The notes beneath the pieces were generated by a model. That model saw only the letters and a program-made list of their open reading frames with translations. It had not been told where the DNA came from and did not search any database. This document shows positions 27,646 to 36,738 of a DNA stretch of 64,000 nucleotides, in pieces (the first letter of the stretch is position 1; each line of letters opens with the position of its first letter). Source of the DNA: an uncultured Flavobacteriales bacterium (GTDB lineage Bacteria > Bacteroidota > Bacteroidia > Flavobacteriales > BACL11). A program made the translations under genes and the position numbers. Where the stretch lies: positions 84,087 to 148,086 of the forward strand of contig CAXFOB010000039.1 of NCBI GenBank assembly GCA_964004625.1, in the 5' to 3' direction.

Positions 27646-29465
27646 GATATATTCTGTAAATCTATTAGTTGTTTATAATGGCCTCCAAGCTTTACAAGCT
27701 CTGTGTGGTTTCCTCTTTCTACGATTCTCCCTTTATGTAAAACAATAATCTCATCTGCATCTTTTATAGTAGACAACCTGTGAGCTATCACTAATGTTGT
27801 TCTTTCTTTCATTAAATTAGAAAGAGCATTTTGGACTAATTTCTCAGATTGAGTATCTAAGGAAGATGTCGCTTCATCTAAAATTAAAAAATCAGGATTC
27901 TTAAGAATTGCACGTGCAATACTAATTCTTTGCTTCTGACCTCCAGAAAGTTTATCTCCTTTTTCACCAATATTTGTATCATATCCAAGCTCAGATTCTA
28001 AGATAAATTCTTCAGCATTTGCTATTTGTGAGGCTTCAATTACTTCCTCTTTACTCGCTTTAGGATTACCTATCAAAATATTGTTATAAATAGTGTCGTT
28101 AAACAGTATAGATTCTTGAGAGACAACTCCCATTAATTGTCGTAAATCTGATATTTTTATATCTTTTATATTGGTGTTATCAATACAGATTTCCCCTTCA
28201 TTTATATCATAAAAACGAGCACACAAATCTGCTATAGTAGACTTACCACTACCAGATTTTCCTACAATAGCAATTGTTTTCCCCTTACTAATACTAAAAC
28301 TAATTTTATTAATAATTGTAGTATTCTCATACCGAAAACTCACATTATTTATACTGACCTTTTTTGCTATTTTGTTTATAGAAATAGGATTTTCGGCATC
28401 AGTTATATTGTTTTCAGCATCCATCAATTTATATACTCTAGCAGATGCAGCTGCTCCTTTTTGTAATCTGTAGTAGGCAGTAGTGAATGATTTTGCTGGA
28501 GGAATTATTTGTGAGAATATTAATATATACCCAATAAATTCTTCTGCACTTAAAAGAGAATCTCCACCTAAAACTAATTTTCCTCCAAACCACATTACTA
28601 TAACCATTATTATAGTACTTAGGAATTCACTCATAGGAGAGGACATATCTTTCTTACGGAGTAAAGAGGTCATTAATGATTGATATTTTTTACTTTCTCT
28701 ATTAAACTTGTTGTGAGCATTTTTTTCTGAGTTAAACAACTTAATTACTTTTAATCCACCTATATTTTCATCTAATACAGATAAAATATCACCCATTTTT
28801 CCTTGACTTTTTTCTGAAGATTTTTTTAGACTTTTACCAATTTTAGCTATTATAAAACCTGTAATAGGAAAAAGTAAAATAACAAACAAAGTTAATTGAG
28901 GGCTTAGTATAATAAGAGTTATTAAATATATTATTATTTGTAATGGGTCCCGAAAAATCATTTCTAAGGAACTCATAATAGACCATTCAATTTCTACTAA
29001 ATCAGTAGTCATTCTTGATGTAATATCTCCTCTTCTCTTTTCAGTAAAAAAACCAATTGGTAACGAAATAACTTTTTTATGAAGATTAGTTCTTAAATCA
29101 TGAACTACGCCATTTCTTATAGGCGTTAAAAAATACAATGAAAGGTATCTAAAAAGATTTCTGAAGAAGAAAGTAATAAGTATTAATGCGCATATAAAAA
29201 ATAGTGCATCTAATTTTTCTCCTGATTCTATTATGGTATTTATTTCAAAATAAAAATGATCTTTAATAGATTCGGGAGTTAAAGAAAAACTATCGGGTTG
29301 TATATTTTCCACTTCAATTGTTCCAAAAAGTAATCCCAAAAAAGGAATTGCCATTGTAAGAGATACTAAAGAAAAAAAGACGGTAAGAATATTAAAAACT
29401 ATATTTAAAATAGCATATATATAATACCGTTTAGCATATTTTAATATTCTAAAAAAATCTTTCAT
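27642..29465 (-). CDS. ABC transporter, fused permease/ATPase (MsbA-like exporter)
   Basis: Six-TM N-half. Walker A GKSGSGKST, signature LSGGQKQR, Walker B FLILDEATS. Confidence 0.88.
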   Translation of the reverse strand: MKDFFRILKYAKRYYIYAILNIVFNILTVFFSLVSLTMAIPFLGLLFGTIEVENIQPDSFSLTPESIKDHFYFEINTIIESGEKLDALFFICALILITFFFRNLFRYLSLYFLTPIRNGVVHDLRTNLHKKVISLPIGFFTEKRRGDITSRMTTDLVEIEWSIMSSLEMIFRDPLQIIIYLITLIILSPQLTLFVILLFPITGFIIAKIGKSLKKSSEKSQGKMGDILSVLDENIGGLKVIKLFNSEKNAHNKFNRESKKYQSLMTSLLRKKDMSSPMSEFLSTIIMVIVMWFGGKLVLGGDSLLSAEEFIGYILIFSQIIPPAKSFTTAYYRLQKGAAASARVYKLMDAENNITDAENPISINKIAKKVSINNVSFRYENTTIINKISFSISKGKTIAIVGKSGSGKSTIADLCARFYDINEGEICIDNTNIKDIKISDLRQLMGVVSQESILFNDTIYNNILIGNPKASKEEVIEASQIANAEEFILESELGYDTNIGEKGDKLSGGQKQRISIARAILKNPDFLILDEATSSLDTQSEKLVQNALSNLMKERTTLVIAHRLSTIKDADEIIVLHKGRIVERGNHTELVKLGGHYKQLIDLQNIS

Positions 29466-29470
29466 CTGTG

Positions 29471-29478
29471 CAAATGTA
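29471..29478 (-). promoter_or_regulatory. -7 promoter box for the MsbA-like ABC gene (near-leaderless geometry)
   Basis: TACATTTG on the - strand. 5 nt separate its G from the ATG at 29465. Confidence 0.5.
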
Positions 29479-29499
29479 AGGATAAGAAAATAGAAAAGC

Positions 29500-29507
29500 T
29501 ATCTTTG
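29500..29507 (+). promoter_or_regulatory. -7 promoter box for rbfA (near-leaderless geometry)
   Basis: TATCTTTG. 4 nt separate its G from the ATG at 29512. Confidence 0.5.
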
Positions 29508-29511
29508 CAGT

Positions 29512-29850
29512 ATGGAAACTACACGACAAAAGAAAGTATCAAAATTGATTCAGAAGGAATTATCAATAATTTTTCAGAAGGAGACCCGTCAGTTTTTAGG
29601 AAAAATTTTAGTAACGGTAACAGGAGTCAGGGTGTCTCCTGATTTATCTGTTGCTAAATCTTATTTAAGTATCTTCCCTGTCAAAAATCCTGAAGAAGCT
29701 CTTTTAATTTTAAACGATAATAAAAAGGTTTTTAGAACTTTACTGGCTAATAGTTGCAGAAATCAGTTAAGGATTGTTCCAGAATTGATTTTCTACTTGG
29801 ATGATTCTGCAGAATATGCTGAAGAGATTGATAGATTACTAAAGAAATAA
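29512..29850 (+). CDS. rbfA: ribosome-binding factor A
   Basis: 112 aa. RQKKVSKLIQKELSIIFQ...VTVTGVRVSPDLSVAKSYLS is the typical RbfA pattern. Confidence 0.88.
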   Translation: METTRQKKVSKLIQKELSIIFQKETRQFLGKILVTVTGVRVSPDLSVAKSYLSIFPVKNPEEALLILNDNKKVFRTLLANSCRNQLRIVPELIFYLDDSAEYAEEIDRLLKK

Positions 29851-29860
29851 TTTCTAAAAA

Positions 29861-31075
29861 ATGAAATTCGCTTTTTTTATAGCAAAACGATACCTGTTTA
29901 CTAAAAAGAATAAAAGTATAGTAAATATTATTTCCTATATATCTTTATTAGGAGTGGCAATAGGAACAGCTGCATTAGTAATAGTACTTTCAGTTTTTAA
30001 TGGTTTTGAAGGCATTGTTTTGGATATGTATAATTCATTTGATCCTCACATCAAGGTTGGTGCAACAAAAGGAAAAACTTTTTTCATAAAAGATGTAGAG
30101 GATAAATTAATGAAAATGAAAGGAGTAGAAAATTACTCTTTTGTTCTCGAAGAAAAAGTATTTATAGACAATAATGGGAACGAACAGATTGTAGATGTAA
30201 AAGGAGTGGATTCAAATTATTCTCAATTAGTAAATATAGATAGCGTTCTTAAAATTGGAGAATATTTTGACAATAATTTTTACAGAAATAAAAATGTACT
30301 GGTATTAGGAGCTGGAGTTTCTTATAATCTTTCAATAGACATACATAATATCAATAGTCAATTAGTTGTAACTGTACCTAATAAAAATTCAAAATACATA
30401 AAAAATAGCTCCGATATAACTAGAACAGCATTTACTCCTTTGGGTATTTTTTCTGTACAATCAGAATACGACAATAAATACGTTTTAGCTCCACTATCAC
30501 GTGTGCAGAAGATGTTAGATAGAGAAGGAGAGTCTTCAGATCTAGAAATCTGTTTGTCTGATCCTGAAAAAATGCAAGAAATAAAAAATGATTTAGAACA
30601 ATTGATAGGAGAGGGGTTTGTTGTAAAAACAAGATTGGAACAACATGACTTTTTGTATAAATTATTGCGCTCTGAAAAATTAGCTGTGTTTATTATCCTT
30701 ACTTTTATTATGATACTTTCAAGTTTTAATATTATTAGTTCTTTAAGTATGCTTATGATTGATAAAAAAGATGATATTAAAACCTTCTGGAATTTAGGAA
30801 GTTCTAAGAATCAGATAAGAAATATCTTTTTTATAAAAGGTTTTTTGGGGGTACTGTTAGGAAGTTGTATAGGTATTGTTATTGGAGTCTTATTTGCAGT
30901 GTTACAACAACAATTTGGATTGATTACTATGGAAGGAAATTTTGTGGTAAATAATTACCCTGTAAAAATAGATGTAATAGATGTACTGATAGTAGAGATA
31001 ACTGTAATTATTATTGGATTGATTGCTTCTTATTATCCATCAAAAGTATTAACAGACAAATTTATTTTGAATTAA
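29861..31075 (+). CDS. FtsX-like ABC transporter permease (LolC/E family)
   Basis: N-terminus FAFFIAKRYLFTKKNKSIVNIISYISLLGVAIGTAALVIVLSVFNGF is typical of LolC/E-like permeases. Four TM segments with a large periplasmic loop. Confidence 0.85.
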   Translation: MKFAFFIAKRYLFTKKNKSIVNIISYISLLGVAIGTAALVIVLSVFNGFEGIVLDMYNSFDPHIKVGATKGKTFFIKDVEDKLMKMKGVENYSFVLEEKVFIDNNGNEQIVDVKGVDSNYSQLVNIDSVLKIGEYFDNNFYRNKNVLVLGAGVSYNLSIDIHNINSQLVVTVPNKNSKYIKNSSDITRTAFTPLGIFSVQSEYDNKYVLAPLSRVQKMLDREGESSDLEICLSDPEKMQEIKNDLEQLIGEGFVVKTRLEQHDFLYKLLRSEKLAVFIILTFIMILSSFNIISSLSMLMIDKKDDIKTFWNLGSSKNQIRNIFFIKGFLGVLLGSCIGIVIGVLFAVLQQQFGLITMEGNFVVNNYPVKIDVIDVLIVEITVIIIGLIASYYPSKVLTDKFILN

Positions 31076-32063
31076 ATTCATAATTCTTAAATTTTACTGC
31101 AACTTCATCTAAAGTCTCTTGTATTTCTTCTTTTGTATCAGAGGTTACCATTTTTATTCTATAGGGTTTAAAGTCTATTATCCCTTTAAAGTAATTGGTA
31201 TAATGCCTTTTCATTTCAGCAATACCTAATACCTTTCCTTTCCACTCAATGGAGTGATTAAGGTGTTGTTTACAGGCTTCAACTCTTTCTATCATTGTTG
31301 GTCTATCTATATGTTTTCCGGTTTTTAAGAAATGTTTTATTTCATTAAAAATCCAAGGGTTACCAATAGAGGCTCTACCAATCATTGCTCCGTCCAAACC
31401 AAATTCATCTCTCATTAGTTTTGCTTTTTCTGGGCTATCAATATCACCATTTCCAAAAACAGGAATATTAATTCTGGGGTTATCTTTTACTGCTTTTATC
31501 AGAGTCCAGTCTGCAGAACCTTTATACATCTGTTTTCTAGTTCTTCCATGTATAGAAATTGCTTGTATCCCAACATCTTGTAATCTTTCAGCTACTTCTA
31601 CAATATATTTCGTGTTGTCATCCCATCCTAATCTGGTTTTTACTGTTACAGGTAATTTTGTAGAGTTTACAATTTGTTTAGTCATTTCTACCATTTTCGG
31701 AATGTCCCTAAGAATTCCTGCTCCCGCCCCTTTATTTGCAACTTTCTTGACAGGACAACCATAATTTATATCAATAATTTCAGGCTTGACTCTTTCGCAA
31801 ATTCTTGTAGCTTCCATCATGCTATCAATATTATTTCCGAAAATTTGAATTCCAATAGGTCGTTCAAAATCATAAATATCCAACTTCTGAGTACTTTTGT
31901 CCGCATCTCTAATTAAACCTTCTGAGGAAATAAATTCTGTAAACATTAAATCTGCACCATGTTTCTTGCAAAGAGCACGAAATGGAGGGTCGCTAACATC
32001 TTCCATTGGAGCTAACAGAAGGGGGAACTCTCCTAAATCTATATTTCCTATTTTTACTGCCAT
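31062..32063 (-). CDS. dusB: tRNA dihydrouridine synthase B
   Basis: LLLAPMEDVSDPPFR...DINYGCPVKKV...HGRTR motifs. I prefer the start MAVKIGNIDLG at 32063, because a -7 box lies at 32071..32078; the ORF-track start at 32111 lies upstream of that box. Confidence 0.9.
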   Translation of the reverse strand: MAVKIGNIDLGEFPLLLAPMEDVSDPPFRALCKKHGADLMFTEFISSEGLIRDADKSTQKLDIYDFERPIGIQIFGNNIDSMMEATRICERVKPEIIDINYGCPVKKVANKGAGAGILRDIPKMVEMTKQIVNSTKLPVTVKTRLGWDDNTKYIVEVAERLQDVGIQAISIHGRTRKQMYKGSADWTLIKAVKDNPRINIPVFGNGDIDSPEKAKLMRDEFGLDGAMIGRASIGNPWIFNEIKHFLKTGKHIDRPTMIERVEACKQHLNHSIEWKGKVLGIAEMKRHYTNYFKGIIDFKPYRIKMVTSDTKEEIQETLDEVAVKFKNYEFNSK

Positions 32064-32070
32064 ATTTTCA

Positions 32071-32078
32071 CAAAAATA
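32071..32078 (-). promoter_or_regulatory. -7 promoter box for dusB
   Basis: TATTTTTG on the - strand. 7 nt separate its G from the ATG at 32063. Confidence 0.5.
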
Positions 32079-32087
32079 GTAAAGCTT

Positions 32088-32981
32088 ATGAACCTTAAAG
32101 GAATCTTCCAAGATAAATCTTCTTCTTATAAGTTATTTATATTTATTTGTATAGTATTCTTGTCTTCTTTTCTTGGAGTTTTGTTGTCTTCAATTATCTC
32201 TCCTCCTGAATCAGAAATGTATAAACCATCAAATGTTTTTACATTAAAAATGATGCAACTGATTGTATCTGTCTTTATTTTTATTATTCCTCCTTTATTT
32301 TTTTCATATTTATCAAGAGTTAACACAATCAATATATTCGGATTTAAAAATAAATTTAAAAGACAAAATTTATTGTTGGTATTTTTAATTATGATTTTTA
32401 TACAACCCTTTGTGGTGTATTGTATGCAGATAAATACCAAATTGTTGTACTTAGTTTCAGATTATATACCTTTAATCATTCAAAACTTAGAGAATATGGA
32501 GCAAAGAGCTTTAGAACTAACTACCCTTTTTCTAACTATGAACTCTGCTTCCGACTTGTTTTTTAATTTATTTTTAATTGCGTTAATACCAGCTTTTGGA
32601 GAAGAATTATTCTTTAGAGGGGTTGTACAACAATATTTACAAAAAATCTTGAAGAACCCTCATTTAGGAGTATGTTTAACAGCTTGTGTGTTTTCAGCAA
32701 TACATATGCAGTTTTTTGGATTCTTACCACGATTTTTGCTAGGCCTTATATTGGGATATTTATTTTTCTATTCTGGCAATTTATGGATGTCTGTATTGGG
32801 ACATTTTATAAATAATGCCTTAGGCGTATTGTTATCGTATTCGGCTTTTGCAAATAAGTTAACCCCAGATATAACTAATATAGAAAAAACTGGAATAAAT
32901 CTCTCTCAGGCTTTTTTCAGCGTTGCAGTTGTGTTATTATTTTTCTATTTATATAAACAGATAAATAATAACGTTAATTAG
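32088..32981 (+). CDS. CPBP-family intramembrane glutamic endopeptidase (CAAX protease-like)
   Basis: Polytopic membrane protein with the EELFFRG motif, FSAIHM, and the later HFINNALG motif. Confidence 0.85.
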   Translation: MNLKGIFQDKSSSYKLFIFICIVFLSSFLGVLLSSIISPPESEMYKPSNVFTLKMMQLIVSVFIFIIPPLFFSYLSRVNTINIFGFKNKFKRQNLLLVFLIMIFIQPFVVYCMQINTKLLYLVSDYIPLIIQNLENMEQRALELTTLFLTMNSASDLFFNLFLIALIPAFGEELFFRGVVQQYLQKILKNPHLGVCLTACVFSAIHMQFFGFLPRFLLGLILGYLFFYSGNLWMSVLGHFINNALGVLLSYSAFANKLTPDITNIEKTGINLSQAFFSVAVVLLFFYLYKQINNNVN

Positions 32982-33456
32982 CATCTTTCGATTTTTTAGT
33001 AGAATAGTTAATTTTAAGAGCGTTTACTTTTCTTAATTCTGTTTTTACATCTGTTACAATCCCCATTGTTACATCTGAATCTGCTTTGATAGAAGTAGTC
33101 ATATAAGGAATTTCATCCTCATCTTTTGAAAGTCTTTCCGCATTAATAAAGTGTTGAATTTCCCCAACTTCTTTTCTGCTAAAAGTTACATCATTAAGTT
33201 GAATTCTGGCTTTAGTACCAAGAGTCGCTTGTTGAGTTTGTGTAGGCGATCCGATATAAATATAACTAACTAATGATTTCTTTTCCATCTTCTTTACCTC
33301 GGTTGCTTCTGGAGGACTGACTTCTACTTTAAGAGTAGTCTCTCTCATTACAGTTGTAACCATAAAAAAGAAAAGTAACATAAATACAATATCTGGTAAA
33401 GATGCAGTAGATATTGCTGGCATTGATTTTCCTCCTCCTTTCTTAAATTTACTCAT
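32974..33456 (-). CDS. exbD: ExbD/TolR-family biopolymer transport protein
   Basis: N-terminal LPDIVFMLLFFFMVTT TM helix, typical of ExbD. Length 160 aa. Confidence 0.85.
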   Translation of the reverse strand: MSKFKKGGGKSMPAISTASLPDIVFMLLFFFMVTTVMRETTLKVEVSPPEATEVKKMEKKSLVSYIYIGSPTQTQQATLGTKARIQLNDVTFSRKEVGEIQHFINAERLSKDEDEIPYMTTSIKADSDVTMGIVTDVKTELRKVNALKINYSTKKSKDAN

Positions 33457-33459
33457 TGT

Positions 33460-34026
33460 TTAGTTTGCTTTTGTTTCTGCCTCTGACACTTTCATTGGAT
33501 AAAATTTCTTTACCGATTTTTGTTCATCAGCATCTAATTTATCAAAATCTCTTCCGAAATCGTTATTTGCTTTCTCATTTCTTAATTCGTTGTAGGCTTT
33601 AGTAAGCTCATTCTGAACTTGTATATACATATTGTATGAGGTGCCTTCTTGATTCTGAAGAGAAACAACCGCTTTCTCTGGACTCTCAGAGGAGTTGTCT
33701 TTCTTTCCATTATTACTTACAAAAGATTTTACCTCTTCTTTTAAAGTTTCGCTAATTAGTCCGTTTCCATCTATCTCTATTGTATTAGTAGGTGACCCGA
33801 TACCGGCTAAAACTTTATTGTTTTTATTAATCAGTACGACATAAATATTTCTCTTATGTATCTCTGGAGTTTCTATGTTCTCTTCTGGCATAGGAGGTAA
33901 TTTTCTGGAAATACCAGAATCTACATCCATAGTGGTGGTTACTAAAAAGAAAATAAGTAATAAAAATGCAATATCAGCCATAGATCCGGCATTAATTTCA
34001 GGTAAACCTCTTCTTTTACTTGCCAT
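33460..34026 (-). CDS. exbD: ExbD/TolR-family biopolymer transport protein (long paralog, 188 aa)
   Basis: INAGSMADIAFLLLIFFLVTTTM TM helix, plus a charged C-terminal extension. Confidence 0.85.
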   Translation of the reverse strand: MASKRRGLPEINAGSMADIAFLLLIFFLVTTTMDVDSGISRKLPPMPEENIETPEIHKRNIYVVLINKNNKVLAGIGSPTNTIEIDGNGLISETLKEEVKSFVSNNGKKDNSSESPEKAVVSLQNQEGTSYNMYIQVQNELTKAYNELRNEKANNDFGRDFDKLDADEQKSVKKFYPMKVSEAETKAN

Positions 34027-34028
34027 TT

Positions 34029-34373
34029 TTACTTGCTAAATTTCTTAGATAATTCAGTGATAACAATAGATGATACAGCAATAACCGCGAGAATATAGAA
34101 AGACCATAATCCCATTCCTACCATGTTTGATGTAGAAGAGCTAATGTTGTATTTTTGATAGGATACCAATACTTCATCAGAAGCAAGTCCGAAATATGAA
34201 AGAAGCAACACTATAATTAACCCACCTCCAGTAAGAAGTGTCTTTTTTGCTGACTTACTATTTGTAATCATATTTTTAACAGAAAAGGATACAATGACAA
34301 AGGTAGCAACAGCCAACATAATTACCGTAAGCCAGTAAAAAATATCTAAATTATTTCCAATAAACTCTCCCAT
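34029..34373 (-). CDS. hypothetical 3-TM membrane protein embedded in the exbB-exbD operon
   Basis: 114 aa with three hydrophobic segments. Gaps to the flanking genes are 1 nt (exbB) and 2 nt (exbD). Confidence 0.6.
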   Translation of the reverse strand: MGEFIGNNLDIFYWLTVIMLAVATFVIVSFSVKNMITNSKSAKKTLLTGGGLIIVLLLSYFGLASDEVLVSYQKYNISSSTSNMVGMGLWSFYILAVIAVSSIVITELSKKFSK

Positions 34374-34374
34374 A

Positions 34375-35223
34375 TTATTTGTTATTTACAAGGATATCTA
34401 CTAATTTGATAGAAGAATCTTCCATATCATTTACAATAGAATCTACCTTAGCTACTAAGTAGTTGTAGAATATTTGTAAAATCATTGCAACAATAAGACC
34501 AAATACAGTTGTTAAAAGTGCAACTTTAATACCCCCAGCAACTAATGAAGGAGAAATATCTCCAGCAGCTTCAATAGAATCAAACGCTCCAATCATTCCA
34601 ATTACAGTCCCCATAAAACCAAGCATAGGAGCTAAGGCAATAAATAACGAAATCCAAGAAAGTCCTTTTTCTAAGAGTCCCATTTGTACACTACCATAAG
34701 CAACTATAGATTTTTCTACTTGTTCTAATCCTTCATTTGACCTGTCTAATCCTTGATAAAAGATAGAAGCAATAGGACCTTTTGTGTTTCTACAAACCTC
34801 TTTAGCAGCATCTATACCTCCACTATTTAAAGCTCCTTCTACATCATTTAAAAGTTTATCTGAGTTGATTGTAGCCATATTTAAGTAGATTATTCTTTCA
34901 ATAGCAAGTGCTAATCCTAAGATTAAACAAAGAAGTACAATACCCATAAATTCAGGCCCACCTTCCATAAATTTTTGTTTTATTATTTGGTGGAATGTTT
35001 CTTCTTCAGTTGTTGCAACTTCATCTGAAGAGCTCTCTTCTGTTGTTTCTTTTTCAGCAATTTCTTCAATGGCTTTATCTTCTGTAGAAAATTCCTGATT
35101 ATTTGTTGTGTCTTTGTCAAATACCGATGTCACCTTTGAGAACAACCCATTTTGTGCAAATACCGATAAATTCCCTGCCGATAAAAATGCAATTAAAGTC
35201 AATAGTGCAAATCTTTTTTTCAT
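34375..35223 (-). CDS. exbB: MotA/TolQ/ExbB proton-channel family protein
   Basis: Signal-peptide-like N-terminus, an acidic Ser/Glu/Thr linker, then the conserved ExbB core (LALAIERIIYL ... APMLGFMGTVIGMIGAF ... ALLTTVFGLIVA). Confidence 0.88.
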   Translation of the reverse strand: MKKRFALLTLIAFLSAGNLSVFAQNGLFSKVTSVFDKDTTNNQEFSTEDKAIEEIAEKETTEESSSDEVATTEEETFHQIIKQKFMEGGPEFMGIVLLCLILGLALAIERIIYLNMATINSDKLLNDVEGALNSGGIDAAKEVCRNTKGPIASIFYQGLDRSNEGLEQVEKSIVAYGSVQMGLLEKGLSWISLFIALAPMLGFMGTVIGMIGAFDSIEAAGDISPSLVAGGIKVALLTTVFGLIVAMILQIFYNYLVAKVDSIVNDMEDSSIKLVDILVNNK

Positions 35224-35252
35224 TTTTTTTTGTTTTTAAAAATTTAATGTCG

Positions 35253-35260
35253 CAAATGTA
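35253..35260 (-). promoter_or_regulatory. -7 promoter box for the exbB operon
   Basis: TACATTTG on the - strand, with 29 nt between its G and the ATG at 35223. Confidence 0.45.
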
Positions 35261-35276
35261 TAAAAATATATTAGTT

Positions 35277-35879
35277 TTAGCTTGAAGCCTTTTCAAATCT
35301 TCTGTTTACTTCTTCCCAGTTTATTACATTAAAGAAGGAATTGATATAATCTGGTCTTCTATTTTGGTAGTTTAAGTAGTAAGCGTGTTCCCAAACATCC
35401 AAACAAAGTAAAGGAGTACCTCCACATTGATTCTCCATGAGAGGATTATCTTGATTTGGAGTAGAACAAATTGTTAAATCCCCAGAACAGTAGCATAACC
35501 ATGCCCATCCAGATCCAAATCTAGTTCCAGCAGCTTTAGCAAATTCAGATTTAAAATTTTCGAATGATCCAAATGTATTATTTATTTCTTCTCCAATTTT
35601 TCCTGATGGATTACCTCCCCCGTTTGGGCTCATTATACTCCAAAACATACAATGATTATAGAATCCACCCCCATTGTTTCTAACACTTCCACTTAGTCCG
35701 GCAGTAGAGCAAATCTCTTCAATAGATTTCCCTTCCAAATCAGTTCCTGAAATAGCATTATTTAGATTATTTGTATATCCATTATGGTGTTTGCTATGGT
35801 GTATTTCCATAGTTTTTTCATCAATATAAGGTTCTAATGCATTATATGCATATGGTAATTTTGGTAATTCAAATGACAT
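35277..35879 (-). CDS. sodA: superoxide dismutase, Fe/Mn family (Mn-type signature)
   Basis: [27 protein letters not shown] and [19 protein letters not shown]. The GGxxNH and NQD arrangement resembles the Mn-type enzymes. Confidence 0.88.
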   Translation of the reverse strand: MSFELPKLPYAYNALEPYIDEKTMEIHHSKHHNGYTNNLNNAISGTDLEGKSIEEICSTAGLSGSVRNNGGGFYNHCMFWSIMSPNGGGNPSGKIGEEINNTFGSFENFKSEFAKAAGTRFGSGWAWLCYCSGDLTICSTPNQDNPLMENQCGGTPLLCLDVWEHAYYLNYQNRRPDYINSFFNVINWEEVNRRFEKASS

Positions 35880-35912
35880 AATTTTATTTTTTTAATTAAG
35901 AGTGCTAATATA

Positions 35913-36737
35913 CTAAAAAGGAGAATAGTTGTTGTTTATTGTTTGTGTTAAAATTTCTCCACCGATTTCTAGAAGTAGTTTGTCATCTGTTTTTGTTATA
36001 GTCTTATTCTTTCTAGAGATATTTTTAGACAGAATACTTAAAAATTCTTCAGTAGTATTGAGGTTTAAAAAATTATAGATTTGTTTTAACCTATCTTCAG
36101 TATTTTCTATAAAGTCTTGATATGAAAGATGATAATATTTGTCTTTTGATAAATTTTTAAAGAATAAATCACTTTCATTTATGGATAATGCCCATTCCCA
36201 CATTCCTTTTTGTTGATCAGATTCTAATGTGTTTTCATTACCAGAAAATTGTAGTAGTAATGTAAATTTATTTCCGGTAAACCAATTTTTCTTTTGAATT
36301 CTTTTTTCAATTGATTTACTTACTTCTAATCCATTTCTGCTCAAATATATATATTTAGCTTCTGGAAAACTTTTCTTTAAAAAATTCAGTCTAAAATTAT
36401 TTATTGGCAATTTTTCCAGAAGTATAGATGCATTGTCTAAAACTTGTTCTCTAAAAAACAGGTTTCTTAACTTTGAAGTTTCTTTTTCAGAATAATCTTT
36501 TTCACTTGCACATAGCTTTGGATTTAGAATATTTTCCTCCCAAATATTAAATTCTGGATAACACTGGTGCCATAAATCTCTCCTTTCATTGAGGTATTTT
36601 ATTTTAGGATGTAATGAAAGTGTCTTCCCGAGTATTGTTGTTCCTGATCTTCCGCATCCAATAATAAAAACAGGAGTGAAAGTAGACTTGTTCTTTTTAA
36701 ACCTGAAAAGAATATTTTTTATAATTTCTTTAATCAT
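35913..36737 (-). CDS. cytoplasmic sulfotransferase family protein
   Basis: PAPS 5'-phosphosulfate-binding loop IIGCGRSGTT and a candidate 3'-phosphate motif YLSRNGLEVSKS. No signal peptide. I prefer the start MIKEIIKNILF at 36737, 1 nt after the upstream stop; the ORF-track start is 36761. Confidence 0.7.
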   Translation of the reverse strand: MIKEIIKNILFRFKKNKSTFTPVFIIGCGRSGTTILGKTLSLHPKIKYLNERRDLWHQCYPEFNIWEENILNPKLCASEKDYSEKETSKLRNLFFREQVLDNASILLEKLPINNFRLNFLKKSFPEAKYIYLSRNGLEVSKSIEKRIQKKNWFTGNKFTLLLQFSGNENTLESDQQKGMWEWALSINESDLFFKNLSKDKYYHLSYQDFIENTEDRLKQIYNFLNLNTTEEFLSILSKNISRKNKTITKTDDKLLLEIGGEILTQTINNNYSPF

Positions 36738-36738
36738 A

